This document shows, in pieces, positions 1-9,381 of a stretch of DNA of 64,000 nucleotides. The DNA is taken from positions 128,001-192,000 of the IMG/VR virus record IMGVR_UViG_3300046787_000508, one strand, 5' to 3'. The position numbers were made by a program, and so were the translations under genes. The stretch is from a virus. Its lineage: Duplodnaviria > Caudoviricetes. Numbering within the stretch: position 1 is the stretch's first letter; each line of letters begins with the position of its first letter. The notes below the pieces were generated by a model, which ran no database searches, was not told the origin of the DNA, and worked only from the letters and a program-made list of their open reading frames with translations.

Positions 1-61
1 GAAAGTTTCAAAAGAAACACCAAAAGTTGCGTCATCGTATGATAAAGATGAAAAGAAATCA

Positions 62-829
62 ATGACGGCACAAAAAAGAAGAGCAGAAAAAAAGGACCCT
101 AAAATAGGTAAAGGTAACAAACCAACGATGGTTCGTTTCGATGAACAAAAAGATATGAAAATAATTTGTGACGGTTGTGATTGGAGTTGGAACCTATCTG
201 AAGGTGGTAATGACCCATACGTATGTCACAAGTGTGGAAAGGACAATTCAAAAAAATATAAAAAAATGAACGTAAAAGTAACTGAAAGTCAATACATTAG
301 ACTTAATTTTAATAACCAATCTCCTAAATTAGTTAACGAAAATGTTATAATTTCTGATGCGTTAAAATACCAACTAACCACAAAGAAGACACTTGTTGAG
401 AATATATATAAAATTGGTACCGAAGGGTATAATAAATTAATCGACGAATGTAGAGAACTTTACGAAAACGAGGATTTAGATTTATTTGGTGACGATATTG
501 ATTTAATTTATGAAGATGAATTAGGTTTAGTGGAGGATTCAGATATTATTTTTGATGAAACATTGTATGAAGCGGAATATCAAGGACGTAATGTTCAATT
601 GGGTAAAATTATGCAGGGGGACATCAAGAAATTTAAAGTATACGTAAAAAACGATAAAGGTAAAGTTGTTAAAGTGAATTTCGGTTTTGGTGGTAAGTCC
701 GCTAAAGGTAAAAGAATGGTTATAAAAAAGAATAACCCTGAAAGACGTAAATCATTTAGAGCACGAATGAAGTGTGATACTCCAGGTCCACGTTGGAAAC
801 CGAGATATTGGGCTTGTAAAACTTGGTAA
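62..829 (+). CDS. Conserved phage protein (Zn-ribbon CxxC...CxxC plus C-terminal VNFG/RYW domain)
   Basis: 255-aa ORF; CDGC..CHKC motif; C-terminus KVVKVNFG...RRKSFRARMKC...RYWACKTW resembles a domain common in T4-like phages; start uncertain. Confidence 0.7.
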   Translation: MTAQKRRAEKKDPKIGKGNKPTMVRFDEQKDMKIICDGCDWSWNLSEGGNDPYVCHKCGKDNSKKYKKMNVKVTESQYIRLNFNNQSPKLVNENVIISDALKYQLTTKKTLVENIYKIGTEGYNKLIDECRELYENEDLDLFGDDIDLIYEDELGLVEDSDIIFDETLYEAEYQGRNVQLGKIMQGDIKKFKVYVKNDKGKVVKVNFGFGGKSAKGKRMVIKKNNPERRKSFRARMKCDTPGPRWKPRYWACKTW

Positions 830-1471
830 ATGAAAGTATTAATAACCGAATCACAAAATAAAAGATTATTTGAGGGTAGATACATTAACATCCCTATGGA
901 TAATGATGCCTCAGTTGAATTATGGGATAGTGGTGAAAGATTCGATTTAGAATCCATCGTAATACCAAAACAACTAAGAGGACAAGGTTATGGTACCGAA
1001 ATAATGAATAAAATTATTAAATTGGCGGATGATGAGTCAAAACCAATTTATTTAACTCCCGATACTTCATTCGGTGGTTCATCATTTAAAAGATTAGTAA
1101 GTTTCTATAAAAGGTTTGGGTTCGTTAAAAATGATGATAAATCCGTAACTAAACATTTTATGGTTAGATATCCACAGGTAAAGAAAAACACCAAGAAACA
1201 ATATATCGGTCAATGCGATACGTTACGAAGAGGTAATGAACAAAATGAAGAATATTGGCAACAAATGATGTCTAATAAACAAAAAATCGACTTTAATCAA
1301 TTTATCAATGGTGTTGATATGGATAGGTTGTTAGATGATGGAGAAACCACACAGGAATTCATCCAAGATTTAATTAATTCTGACCCATCCACTTCAGCGT
1401 ATGTTTCGAATTGGGGTAATAAAGAAACTTACTTTATCCAAACTGCCGGATTTGAATTTATCTTTGTTTAA
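830..1471 (+). CDS. GNAT-family acetyltransferase domain protein
   Basis: IVIPKQLRGQGYGTEIM (motif A, RxxGxG) and LVSFYKRFGF (motif B). Confidence 0.75.
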   Translation: MKVLITESQNKRLFEGRYINIPMDNDASVELWDSGERFDLESIVIPKQLRGQGYGTEIMNKIIKLADDESKPIYLTPDTSFGGSSFKRLVSFYKRFGFVKNDDKSVTKHFMVRYPQVKKNTKKQYIGQCDTLRRGNEQNEEYWQQMMSNKQKIDFNQFINGVDMDRLLDDGETTQEFIQDLINSDPSTSAYVSNWGNKETYFIQTAGFEFIFV

Positions 1472-1908
1472 TAGTAAATCACATTAACACCACATTCGTT
1501 TAGTAGTTGTAAACTTTTTTTCTGTGATTCTTCCCATTTTTCTTTATTCTTAGTGGTACACACCTCTTTACAATACACAGTTGTTACACCTGAATTAACA
1601 ATTCCTCTTGCACAATCCATACAAGGTAACCCCGAAGTAAGGTAAATTGTTGAATTTTTTAATGAAACCCCAATACGAGCAGCATTATATATTGCATTAC
1701 GTTCAGCATGTTCCATCCAGAAGTATTTTTCGGGTCTTTCCTGACGTTCTTTTAAAGAATCGTCTAAACCCCTTGGAAATGAATTATAACCCGTAGAAAG
1801 TACCTCTTTATCCTCCCCAACGATAACCGCACCTATCTGTGTAGATTCGTCCTTGGATTTGAGTTTAACCTGTTCTGCAATGTTTAAAAAATAGTCAGTC
1901 CAATTCAT
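1468..1908 (-). CDS. dCMP deaminase
   Basis: HAERNAI and PCMDC zinc-binding motifs; GYNSFPRG. Confidence 0.9.
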   Translation of the reverse strand: MNWTDYFLNIAEQVKLKSKDESTQIGAVIVGEDKEVLSTGYNSFPRGLDDSLKERQERPEKYFWMEHAERNAIYNAARIGVSLKNSTIYLTSGLPCMDCARGIVNSGVTTVYCKEVCTTKNKEKWEESQKKSLQLLNECGVNVIYY

Positions 1909-1909
1909 A

Positions 1910-2224
1910 TTAAATTAATTTTTGTTTTGTCCAATAATATACCATACCATTGGCGAATCTCATTAGATTCCTTGCCTCTTTCTTTAAGATTAGATTACCG
2001 ATTTGTACTAAATGTGTGTGATTTTTTAAATCAACCCCCACAACAAAACCATTTTCTGATTTTTCGTACGTTGTATCTCTCATTGGGAGACTATATTTCC
2101 CTTCGTCGTCGAGTTTCAACATCTTAATCATTTCGTCTTTCTTCATTTTACATTCAATACCTCTTGAATATATCAATTTTTCTAAAACGTCTAATCTTAA
2201 TTTTGTGTAATCAACCTCTGCCAT
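1910..2224 (-). CDS. Hypothetical protein
   Basis: 104-aa ORF packed directly upstream of the dCMP deaminase. Confidence 0.7.
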   Translation of the reverse strand: MAEVDYTKLRLDVLEKLIYSRGIECKMKKDEMIKMLKLDDEGKYSLPMRDTTYEKSENGFVVGVDLKNHTHLVQIGNLILKKEARNLMRFANGMVYYWTKQKLI

Positions 2225-2262
2225 GTTGCAAATATATGAAATTATTTATTAATATCCAAAAA

Positions 2263-2297
2263 CAAAAAACCCCCGAATTTCTCCGAGGGTTTTTTTA
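2263..2297. terminator. Intrinsic terminator downstream of major capsid gene (bidirectional)
   Basis: Imperfect A-tract/CCC...GGG/T-tract hairpin. Confidence 0.65.
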
Positions 2298-2313
2298 TTG
2301 ACATCCGTTAAGA

Positions 2314-4047
2314 TTATCTTAAAGTATCTAAACTGAAAGATTGTAAACCTCTTACTGTGATAGTACCGAAGAAACGGTTGTTAACCATTTTCTTAGCGTA
2401 TCTAGTCATGATACCTTTGATAGGTGTCATGTTGAAAGGGTTATACATTGTAGGAGTTAATTGTAACGGCACGTATGGTGCGTATACATAACCTGCGTCT
2501 AACAATGACTTACCTTTGTGTCCTACTAATATTTTGTTAGCTGGGAAGTAAGGGTCACGGTAAACTTGGTATCTACCTGCTAATGTACCAACTTTCTCAA
2601 TACCCATGTTGTATTGGTCTTGTTCAGCACCTGCGTTAGAAACGTGGAAGTATTCCAAGTCATCAAATACTGCAGAAACCTCTGAAGAAACTACAATCCA
2701 GTTAGCTCCACCTCTTAAAGTAGATTTGTGGATTTGAGCTGATAATTGGTTGATTTTTGTAACCAAAGTTTGGTTCCAGTCTTTTTGAGTGTAACCTGCG
2801 TAAGATGCTCCACCATTACCGTATTTCCACTCGTTGTAATCCCATTTAGCTGACCAAGCCGCACCTTTACGTAAATCACGTAAGATTTCACGGTCAACCT
2901 CTGCTGCGATTTGCTCAGATAATAAAGCTGTTAATTCAGCTTCAGCATCGATGTTGTGGAATGCACTAACGTCTTGAGCCAATTCAGGAGACCAAGAAGC
3001 TCTTAATTTTCTTTCAGTAACAGAAACAGTTACAGATTGTAAATCGAAAGAAACTTCACCGATGTTATCTTCAAACTCCATGTCAGAGTAAACTCTGAAA
3101 GATAATGAGATATCACTTGCAGTAAATCCTGAAGCTAAAGTTACGTTTGCGAAACCTGCAGTTGAAGAGTAAGTTTGTAAATCAACGTTAACGTAGATTA
3201 CACCTTCTTCATCACAAAGGTCATTATATTTTCCACCTGGGTAAGTAGAAGTTGATTTTTTACCGTACTCGATAATACCTTTACCGTATTTTTGAGTTAC
3301 GATGTTAAAGTTTTTAGACTCACCACCGAAGTTAACTTCAGCAGATGCTAAGAACTCTTCAGTATCCATAACAGAACCGTTTGGTCCGATTAATTTACCT
3401 TGACCATCTTTAGTGAAACCTGAGAATTTAACAACCAATGAAGATTGAGAAGTTCCAGTTAAACTTGCTCTTGTTACGTCACTTACAGTTCCGTTAGAGA
3501 AAGATACAACCGCAGCTGCGTTTAATGTTACATCGTCGTAAGAACCTTTAGAGTAATCGAACAATCCTGTTTCAGGGCTGTTACCATCTCCCGCTTCGTA
3601 GAAACGGTCGTAAAGGTTTCTTGAGTTAGCACCATATCCGTTATCTACGTTAGTGTTTGATGTAACACCATTTGCTCCACCGTAAGGTGCGTAATGGTCT
3701 CCACCATCTCTTTCCTGAATTTTAGGAATGAAGTAGAATAATTTACCGATTGGTAAGTTCATAGCTTGTACAGATACGATATCGTTAGCTAATAATTTTG
3801 AGAATACACGACGGATAATTGGGAAAACTACAGTCTCGAAAGAACCACTAGCATCAGAAACTGCTGCTTCGTTGATTAAGTAAGACGCTTGGTTTTCATA
3901 CAATTGCGCGATGTTATCTTTTTGGTGACCACCAAGACCCTCTAAGAATCCTAATTCGTCCCATTTTTTGATGGTATCTTCTTTGATAACTCTTAGGTGT
4001 TTTAACCCGATGTTACCTACCATACCTGATTCTAATAATGCTCCCAT
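2314..4047 (-). CDS. gp23: Major capsid protein, T4 gp23-like
   Basis: VQAMNLPIGKLFY, RKLRASWSPELAQD, HNIDAEAELTALLSEQIAAEVDREI, YAPYVPL, GIMTRYA motifs. Confidence 0.97.
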   Translation of the reverse strand: MGALLESGMVGNIGLKHLRVIKEDTIKKWDELGFLEGLGGHQKDNIAQLYENQASYLINEAAVSDASGSFETVVFPIIRRVFSKLLANDIVSVQAMNLPIGKLFYFIPKIQERDGGDHYAPYGGANGVTSNTNVDNGYGANSRNLYDRFYEAGDGNSPETGLFDYSKGSYDDVTLNAAAVVSFSNGTVSDVTRASLTGTSQSSLVVKFSGFTKDGQGKLIGPNGSVMDTEEFLASAEVNFGGESKNFNIVTQKYGKGIIEYGKKSTSTYPGGKYNDLCDEEGVIYVNVDLQTYSSTAGFANVTLASGFTASDISLSFRVYSDMEFEDNIGEVSFDLQSVTVSVTERKLRASWSPELAQDVSAFHNIDAEAELTALLSEQIAAEVDREILRDLRKGAAWSAKWDYNEWKYGNGGASYAGYTQKDWNQTLVTKINQLSAQIHKSTLRGGANWIVVSSEVSAVFDDLEYFHVSNAGAEQDQYNMGIEKVGTLAGRYQVYRDPYFPANKILVGHKGKSLLDAGYVYAPYVPLQLTPTMYNPFNMTPIKGIMTRYAKKMVNNRFFGTITVRGLQSFSLDTLR

Positions 4048-4080
4048 TTTAAAATATTTTGTTTTTTGGTTTTTTATTTA

Positions 4081-5247
4081 TTATTTTATTTTACTCATCA
4101 AATCCTTCATTCTCTTGAATTGTGGGTTTTCGTAAGCTTTCGCTTCAGATAGAACCTCAGTTGAAGATGTTGTTGGAGTTGAAATTAACTTTTCTACTAC
4201 TGACTCAGTCATTGGTTTTTTAGTGTCTAATTCAGCTTTAATAGAAGAGTAAAGATTTTTTGATTCTGTAATTGTGGAAATTGTATCAAATCTCTTTAAA
4301 ATGTTCAATTTCTCTTGTTTTGTTGTTGAATGTTCAGTGAACAATCTTGTAGCGTACGCTAAGTTAGCGTTGAAAACTGCAACTTCATTAAGTTTGTCTT
4401 TGAAAAGAAGTAAAGCTTTTTTGTATTCAGAATTTTGTTTCTTCAACTTTTCAACTTCTTCATTCATTTCGTGACGACCAGCTTTGAATTTTTTACCTTG
4501 TGTGGCAGGCTTTCTCGCATCGTTTGCAAATGTTCTTGCCGCTTCAGTCGCTTCAACTTCTTCAGTTTCAGATTCCTCTTCTTCAGAAACTTCCAATTCA
4601 GGAGCTTCAAAATCTTCACCCTCTGCAACTTCTTGGTCTAACGCGATTTCTTCTTCGTCAAGTGTGATTTCGTAGACAGTTTCCTCATCTTCGTTAATAC
4701 CGTCCATTGAAAACTCTTCTTCATCTTCATCTTCCATAGAAAAATCAGTTTCTTCTTCGTCCTCAACCTCTTGGTCTAACTTAATGATGTACTCATCTGA
4801 TTCATCTGAGAATGAAATAGTATCGCCATCTTTTTTAACTACGATACCATCTTCAGGTTTCATCGCTTTGAACACTTTCAAAACTTCTTCGTCAGATGCA
4901 CTTGTCATATCAAGTACGTCTTCCTCGTCGTCTGCAGGTTCGTCTGCCATTTCTTCTTCAGAATCTTCGTCGTCTAATGATGGTTCACCTTCTTCATCTT
5001 CTGAATCAGTGTCATCTGCGGTTTCGTCGCTTATCGAAGTTTCTTCATCACCAGGTTCATCACCGGTTACATCTTGTGCTTCTTCATCAGGAACATTTAA
5101 TTCCTCGTCTTCTGCTTGTTCTTTAAGCAAATCATTTAGTTCTTGCTTCATTACTGAAGAAAGTATACCTTTTGCATTTTGCTTTACGGCTTCTTCAAGT
5201 GTATTAACTTGAAGTAACGCTTGTTCTAAAATGGATTTTTGACTCAT
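4081..5247 (-). CDS. Prohead core/scaffold protein (gp22-like)
   Basis: Acidic coiled-coil protein between the protease and capsid genes; LNEVAVFNANLAY motif. Confidence 0.75.
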   Translation of the reverse strand: MSQKSILEQALLQVNTLEEAVKQNAKGILSSVMKQELNDLLKEQAEDEELNVPDEEAQDVTGDEPGDEETSISDETADDTDSEDEEGEPSLDDEDSEEEMADEPADDEEDVLDMTSASDEEVLKVFKAMKPEDGIVVKKDGDTISFSDESDEYIIKLDQEVEDEEETDFSMEDEDEEEFSMDGINEDEETVYEITLDEEEIALDQEVAEGEDFEAPELEVSEEEESETEEVEATEAARTFANDARKPATQGKKFKAGRHEMNEEVEKLKKQNSEYKKALLLFKDKLNEVAVFNANLAYATRLFTEHSTTKQEKLNILKRFDTISTITESKNLYSSIKAELDTKKPMTESVVEKLISTPTTSSTEVLSEAKAYENPQFKRMKDLMSKIK

Positions 5248-5331
5248 TCTAATTATTTGTTTTGTTATCTTATAAATATAACGGTTTTATGAAAAATTTT
5301 GTTTTTCGTATCGATATCCTAATAAATATTG

Positions 5332-6015
5332 TTATTTCGACAAAAAACTATCAAGTTTCCCCATCAGTGATTTCATTTTGTCCATTTCTTGAGGTTGTTC
5401 AGCGATAGATTCTTGGAATTTATCTCTGTCACCTAAGTCTTGGAATACATATGCTCCAGGTGTAGATGGAGACGACACTAAATCAAAACAAACCAATTCA
5501 AAATCTTCTTGAACAATGTTTTGACCTTTAATGTTTTTTAAAGAACCCACACCACGTGATGATATACCCAAAGTTGCCCCGTTCATAATTAACATTGCCG
5601 CTTGGTCACCTTTAGTAGAAACAATACCCATCTTCTTCCAACCTGGGGAAGTGAATAGTTTAATTTTACCCATTAGGATTTTACCGTCCCACCAAGTTTC
5701 CAAAATAGAATGAGAAACCCTATCTAAATCAATTAGAGAAGATGAAGGGTGATTTAACTCATTTAGAGCCCCACCTTTTTGAATAAGTGTTTGGTATTTT
5801 TCGTTCTCTCTTTTTAAAAGAACCTCGGGATAGATTCTCCCGTTTTTATTTGGTGTGTCGTATTTTTGTAAAACAGCATAAAGGATAAGGTCTTGTGAAA
5901 AGTCCATATCCTTCATTTCTGCTATAATCTTCTTATTGTCGTCGGGAGAGACGTGTCCTGCGTCGTATTCGATTAGTATACCTTTTCCCGTCTCGTTTGC
6001 TCCTAGTACCTTCAT
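5332..6015 (-). CDS. gp21: Prohead protease, T4 gp21-like
   Basis: NKNGRIYP, ELNHP, GISSRGVGS, DLVSSPSTPGAY motifs. Confidence 0.95.
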   Translation of the reverse strand: MKVLGANETGKGILIEYDAGHVSPDDNKKIIAEMKDMDFSQDLILYAVLQKYDTPNKNGRIYPEVLLKRENEKYQTLIQKGGALNELNHPSSSLIDLDRVSHSILETWWDGKILMGKIKLFTSPGWKKMGIVSTKGDQAAMLIMNGATLGISSRGVGSLKNIKGQNIVQEDFELVCFDLVSSPSTPGAYVFQDLGDRDKFQESIAEQPQEMDKMKSLMGKLDSFLSK

Positions 6016-6053
6016 TTATAGTTTTTATACTATAAATACATCAATATCGAGAC

Positions 6054-6479
6054 TTAATCTTTGTTTTTGAAAAAATTAAATATATTTCTATCATTTAAAT
6101 CATTATTAATGATAGTATCACTTATTTCTTTCATAAGGTTTTTTATGTCTTTTGACTTAATATCAAAAGATTTTTGAACATAAAATGTTATCTCTAAATT
6201 CATAAACGATTTCTTATCTAATTTTATGCCTTTCGTTCTAACATCTAAATCTACAATACTTTCCCTTTTAAAGTGGTCGTTATTTAAATCGTAGATTCTC
6301 GATTTTATTGTTCTTCTTGTTTTTGAGATTACATATTCGTAATCTGTTGTGTCATTATTTGGTAATAACCATGAATTAAGTTTAAGGTAAATTGTTTTTA
6401 AATTTTTATAATCAACTGTACCGTATCCTATTTTAACATTCTGATGGAATCCCAAGGGTATAAATTTCCCTGTTTTCAT
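6054..6479 (-). CDS. Hypothetical protein (bS21-flanking)
   Basis: 141-aa ORF in the head operon. Confidence 0.7.
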   Translation of the reverse strand: MKTGKFIPLGFHQNVKIGYGTVDYKNLKTIYLKLNSWLLPNNDTTDYEYVISKTRRTIKSRIYDLNNDHFKRESIVDLDVRTKGIKLDKKSFMNLEITFYVQKSFDIKSKDIKNLMKEISDTIINNDLNDRNIFNFFKNKD

Positions 6480-6573
6480 TAATTTGGTTCATATTTATTT
6501 CTTTATGGTGATATTAAAATATAGTTAAAATATTCAATAAAACCAAAAATATTTATAAATAAACAATAATATA

Positions 6574-6765
6574 ATGATAATAGTAAAACTTAGTAACGAA
6601 AAAAACTTAGAAACTGCATTAAAGACCTATAAGAATAAGGTCAATAAAACTAAACAAATTCAGAAATTAAGAGAAAGACAGGAATTTGTTAAACCTTCTG
6701 TTATTAGAAGAAAAGAAATTTTAAAAGCAGTGTACGTTGAACAAACAAAAAATGGTCTTAATTAA
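6574..6765 (+). CDS. rpsU: Phage-encoded ribosomal protein bS21
   Basis: 63-aa basic protein; LETALKTYKNKV...LRERQEFVKPSVIRR matches the bS21 signature; antisense to the head genes. Confidence 0.9.
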   Translation: MIIVKLSNEKNLETALKTYKNKVNKTKQIQKLRERQEFVKPSVIRRKEILKAVYVEQTKNGLN

Positions 6766-7495
6766 GACCATTTTTTAATTCATTTAATCTGTGTAGATTA
6801 TATCTCGAAGGTGACATTTGTTTGACCTCTTCTTTCACAGAATTTAATTTTCTTGATAAATCAGTATCGTTAGATTCATTTAATAATGTTGATACTGAAT
6901 TTAGAATACTTTCTTTTAAATCGGTAGTTTTTGATTCAACCTCTTCATTAGATAAAGAAAGAATATTTTTTAATTCCTCCTTTTGTTCCTCAGTTAATGA
7001 ACTATTATATAGTACATTGAAATTGTTAGCTAAAACGGCGTGTAATAAGTTTTCATTGGATGTGTATGTAGTGTCTTCTACAACGACTGGTTCTCTCTTG
7101 GATGTTAAGTGTTCCATTAGTCTATTCTTAGCATCTACCTTAGTTTCAACGTTTGATAGTGTATCCATTTCACATAAGTGGTCTAAAGCTGAATATACTT
7201 CATTTTCGTTGATGTCGGTGACATTAAGTTTTTTATCTAAAGTCTCACAAAATTCACGTAATGAAGACATGTGGTTTTTTAAAATTGAACCAAGTCCGTC
7301 AACATATTGTTTTGCGTTTTCTTTATTGTCGAAATATTTTGTTTCGATGCTTTCATAAAACAAATACATTTCTTTGAAATCTTTGTTTTCTTTAATTGTA
7401 TTTAAAATGTCTTTCATCTCAGCCTTATTCTGGTTGGTATAGGCTTCTGTTAATTTACTTAACATTTTAGTTTTTAGTGTTCCGAACTTAGTCAT
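6758..7495 (-). CDS. Hypothetical head-module protein
   Basis: 245-aa helical ORF directly downstream of portal. Confidence 0.75.
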   Translation of the reverse strand: MTKFGTLKTKMLSKLTEAYTNQNKAEMKDILNTIKENKDFKEMYLFYESIETKYFDNKENAKQYVDGLGSILKNHMSSLREFCETLDKKLNVTDINENEVYSALDHLCEMDTLSNVETKVDAKNRLMEHLTSKREPVVVEDTTYTSNENLLHAVLANNFNVLYNSSLTEEQKEELKNILSLSNEEVESKTTDLKESILNSVSTLLNESNDTDLSRKLNSVKEEVKQMSPSRYNLHRLNELKNGLN

Positions 7496-7497
7496 TT

Positions 7498-9327
7498 TTA
7501 ATCGTTTAAGATGTCTTTTAATTTATTCTCTATTTCATAAATATTCTGTTGTGCCTTATTAACGTCAAATAAATCCGCTATTTCGTCACCTTCACCCAAC
7601 ATTCCCAATATTTTATTCTTTCTACCTTCACTTAAGGGTGCTGTTCCACCTTCCATCGGTGGTGCTGAATCCATTGGTGGGGTTGACATGTCACCACCTA
7701 ATCCGGCATCTCCACCTGCTGCTGCATCTGTTCCACCCGATGATTCTAATTTAGTTCTTTCTTCTTCAGGGATACCATATTTCTTATCAACCTCATCAAA
7801 TATACCTGAACGTTTAATGATTGTGTTGGTTACCATTAACTCAGCACCTAACGCTCTCTCAAGACGTTGTTGTTGTAAATCAAGAATAACATCATTATCA
7901 CTTAAACCAAGGATATTTTTCTTGGCCCAAGTATGTGAAACAGGCAATATACCCATTTGTGATTGGTCAGATGTTGCGTCCTTATATAAAGTAATTTTTT
8001 CTTTCCATTGCTCAATACGTAATAAATCTGATTGTGCAGATGGATTAGTTAAAGACAATGTGAAATTATGTAACTCATCCTCTAACCCTAAAAGATAAAG
8101 GTGAACTAAAGCAATTTTATTTAATTCTTGAATTAATGATTTTTGTATTCTATTAATTGTTCTCGCAAAACGAATATCCATTAATGCCAAATTCTTACCA
8201 TCACCAACAACTTCTTCAAAACCTAAGAATGCCTTAGGAATACGAAGTGCTGCTAATAATTTCTTTTGGATGTACTCGATATCGGCAATCTCACCTAAGT
8301 TCTGAGCTCCCGGTAATGTTTCAATAGGATTGGTTTGAGACGGGTCACGAACAGGGATAAAATAATCTTGGTCAACAGCCATTTGATTATATCTCATATC
8401 AACCTGACCATTTTTCTGGTCCACAACTTGGTCTCTTTTAAATTTATTCGCCACACGTTGTACATAAGGTTCAATGTCCTTATCGTCCATGTTACCAACG
8501 AACACTTTGAATACACGTCTTTCAGGTGCTCTCGAAGTTCTATAAATTAACATAGCATCTTCAGCAAGTAAAAGTTGTTTCCAAATTCTTCTGATTTTAT
8601 CTAACATAGAAGTACCGTAAGGTAATTTTCTATCGTCACCCAATAATCTAAAGTGGGCAATCTCCCAAGCTTGAAATTCTAAATCTTTATTTTTCCAAGC
8701 AAATCTCAATTCTCTTGATGGAAGTTTAGTGTTTGTGTTAAAACCTGTTTGGTTTGGAACTTTTTGTACCGCACCTTCGATTCTTTCAACCTCAATGTTA
8801 GGTAATTGTTGACAACCAATAACACCCTTATCAGGGTCCACTTTTAAATAAACAAAATCATCACCATACTTACACATACCTCTAGCCCACATTTGTAGGT
8901 TAGTGTTAATGTCTAATGTATTTTCAAATAAATCAGTTAATATGTTTTGAATTCTTTTAGATTCAGAATAAATGGTTAATATCTCACCTTTTTCTGACAT
9001 TGTTGTTGACTCTTCTGCGTAAATGTCCAATGATGCCGAAACTTCAGGTGTAAATTCCATTGATTCGTAATCATAATATGCTGACAATCTATTTGGTTCG
9101 TAATAAACCGATTGATTATATAACGACTGGTCAATCTTCGCCCATTTATCTGCAACGTATTGACTTTGTTGTGCCTGTAATAACGCATTTTCAAAATCCT
9201 CCTTACTGTCAGTCTTTAGTAACTCATCTTTAGAAAATTGAAAAGATGGTGGAGCTTCAACATTAGGTCCTTGAAAACCAAATGTTTTAGTTAATTTTTG
9301 AAATATCGTTAGATTTTGTTTTTCCAT
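7498..9327 (-). CDS. gp20: Portal protein, T4 gp20-like
   Basis: AEDAMLIYRTSRAPERRVFKVFVGN, DYFIPVR, IETLPGAQNLGEIADIEY motifs. Confidence 0.95.
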   Translation of the reverse strand: MEKQNLTIFQKLTKTFGFQGPNVEAPPSFQFSKDELLKTDSKEDFENALLQAQQSQYVADKWAKIDQSLYNQSVYYEPNRLSAYYDYESMEFTPEVSASLDIYAEESTTMSEKGEILTIYSESKRIQNILTDLFENTLDINTNLQMWARGMCKYGDDFVYLKVDPDKGVIGCQQLPNIEVERIEGAVQKVPNQTGFNTNTKLPSRELRFAWKNKDLEFQAWEIAHFRLLGDDRKLPYGTSMLDKIRRIWKQLLLAEDAMLIYRTSRAPERRVFKVFVGNMDDKDIEPYVQRVANKFKRDQVVDQKNGQVDMRYNQMAVDQDYFIPVRDPSQTNPIETLPGAQNLGEIADIEYIQKKLLAALRIPKAFLGFEEVVGDGKNLALMDIRFARTINRIQKSLIQELNKIALVHLYLLGLEDELHNFTLSLTNPSAQSDLLRIEQWKEKITLYKDATSDQSQMGILPVSHTWAKKNILGLSDNDVILDLQQQRLERALGAELMVTNTIIKRSGIFDEVDKKYGIPEEERTKLESSGGTDAAAGGDAGLGGDMSTPPMDSAPPMEGGTAPLSEGRKNKILGMLGEGDEIADLFDVNKAQQNIYEIENKLKDILND

Positions 9328-9381
9328 ATCTATAAATACTAATTATAATAATCTAAGTCTTTTTTTTGTAATAATCAATAG

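Noticed and set aside
4274-5212. Ser-rich shadow ORFs opposite the scaffold gene, and similar ones at 6822, 7688, 19718, 22151, 59466
   Set aside because: Antisense mirrors of acidic or low-complexity real genes
6540-6573. Strong Shine-Dalgarno upstream of phage bS21, as in host rpsU autoregulation
   Set aside because: Upstream sequence is A/T only with no GGAGG
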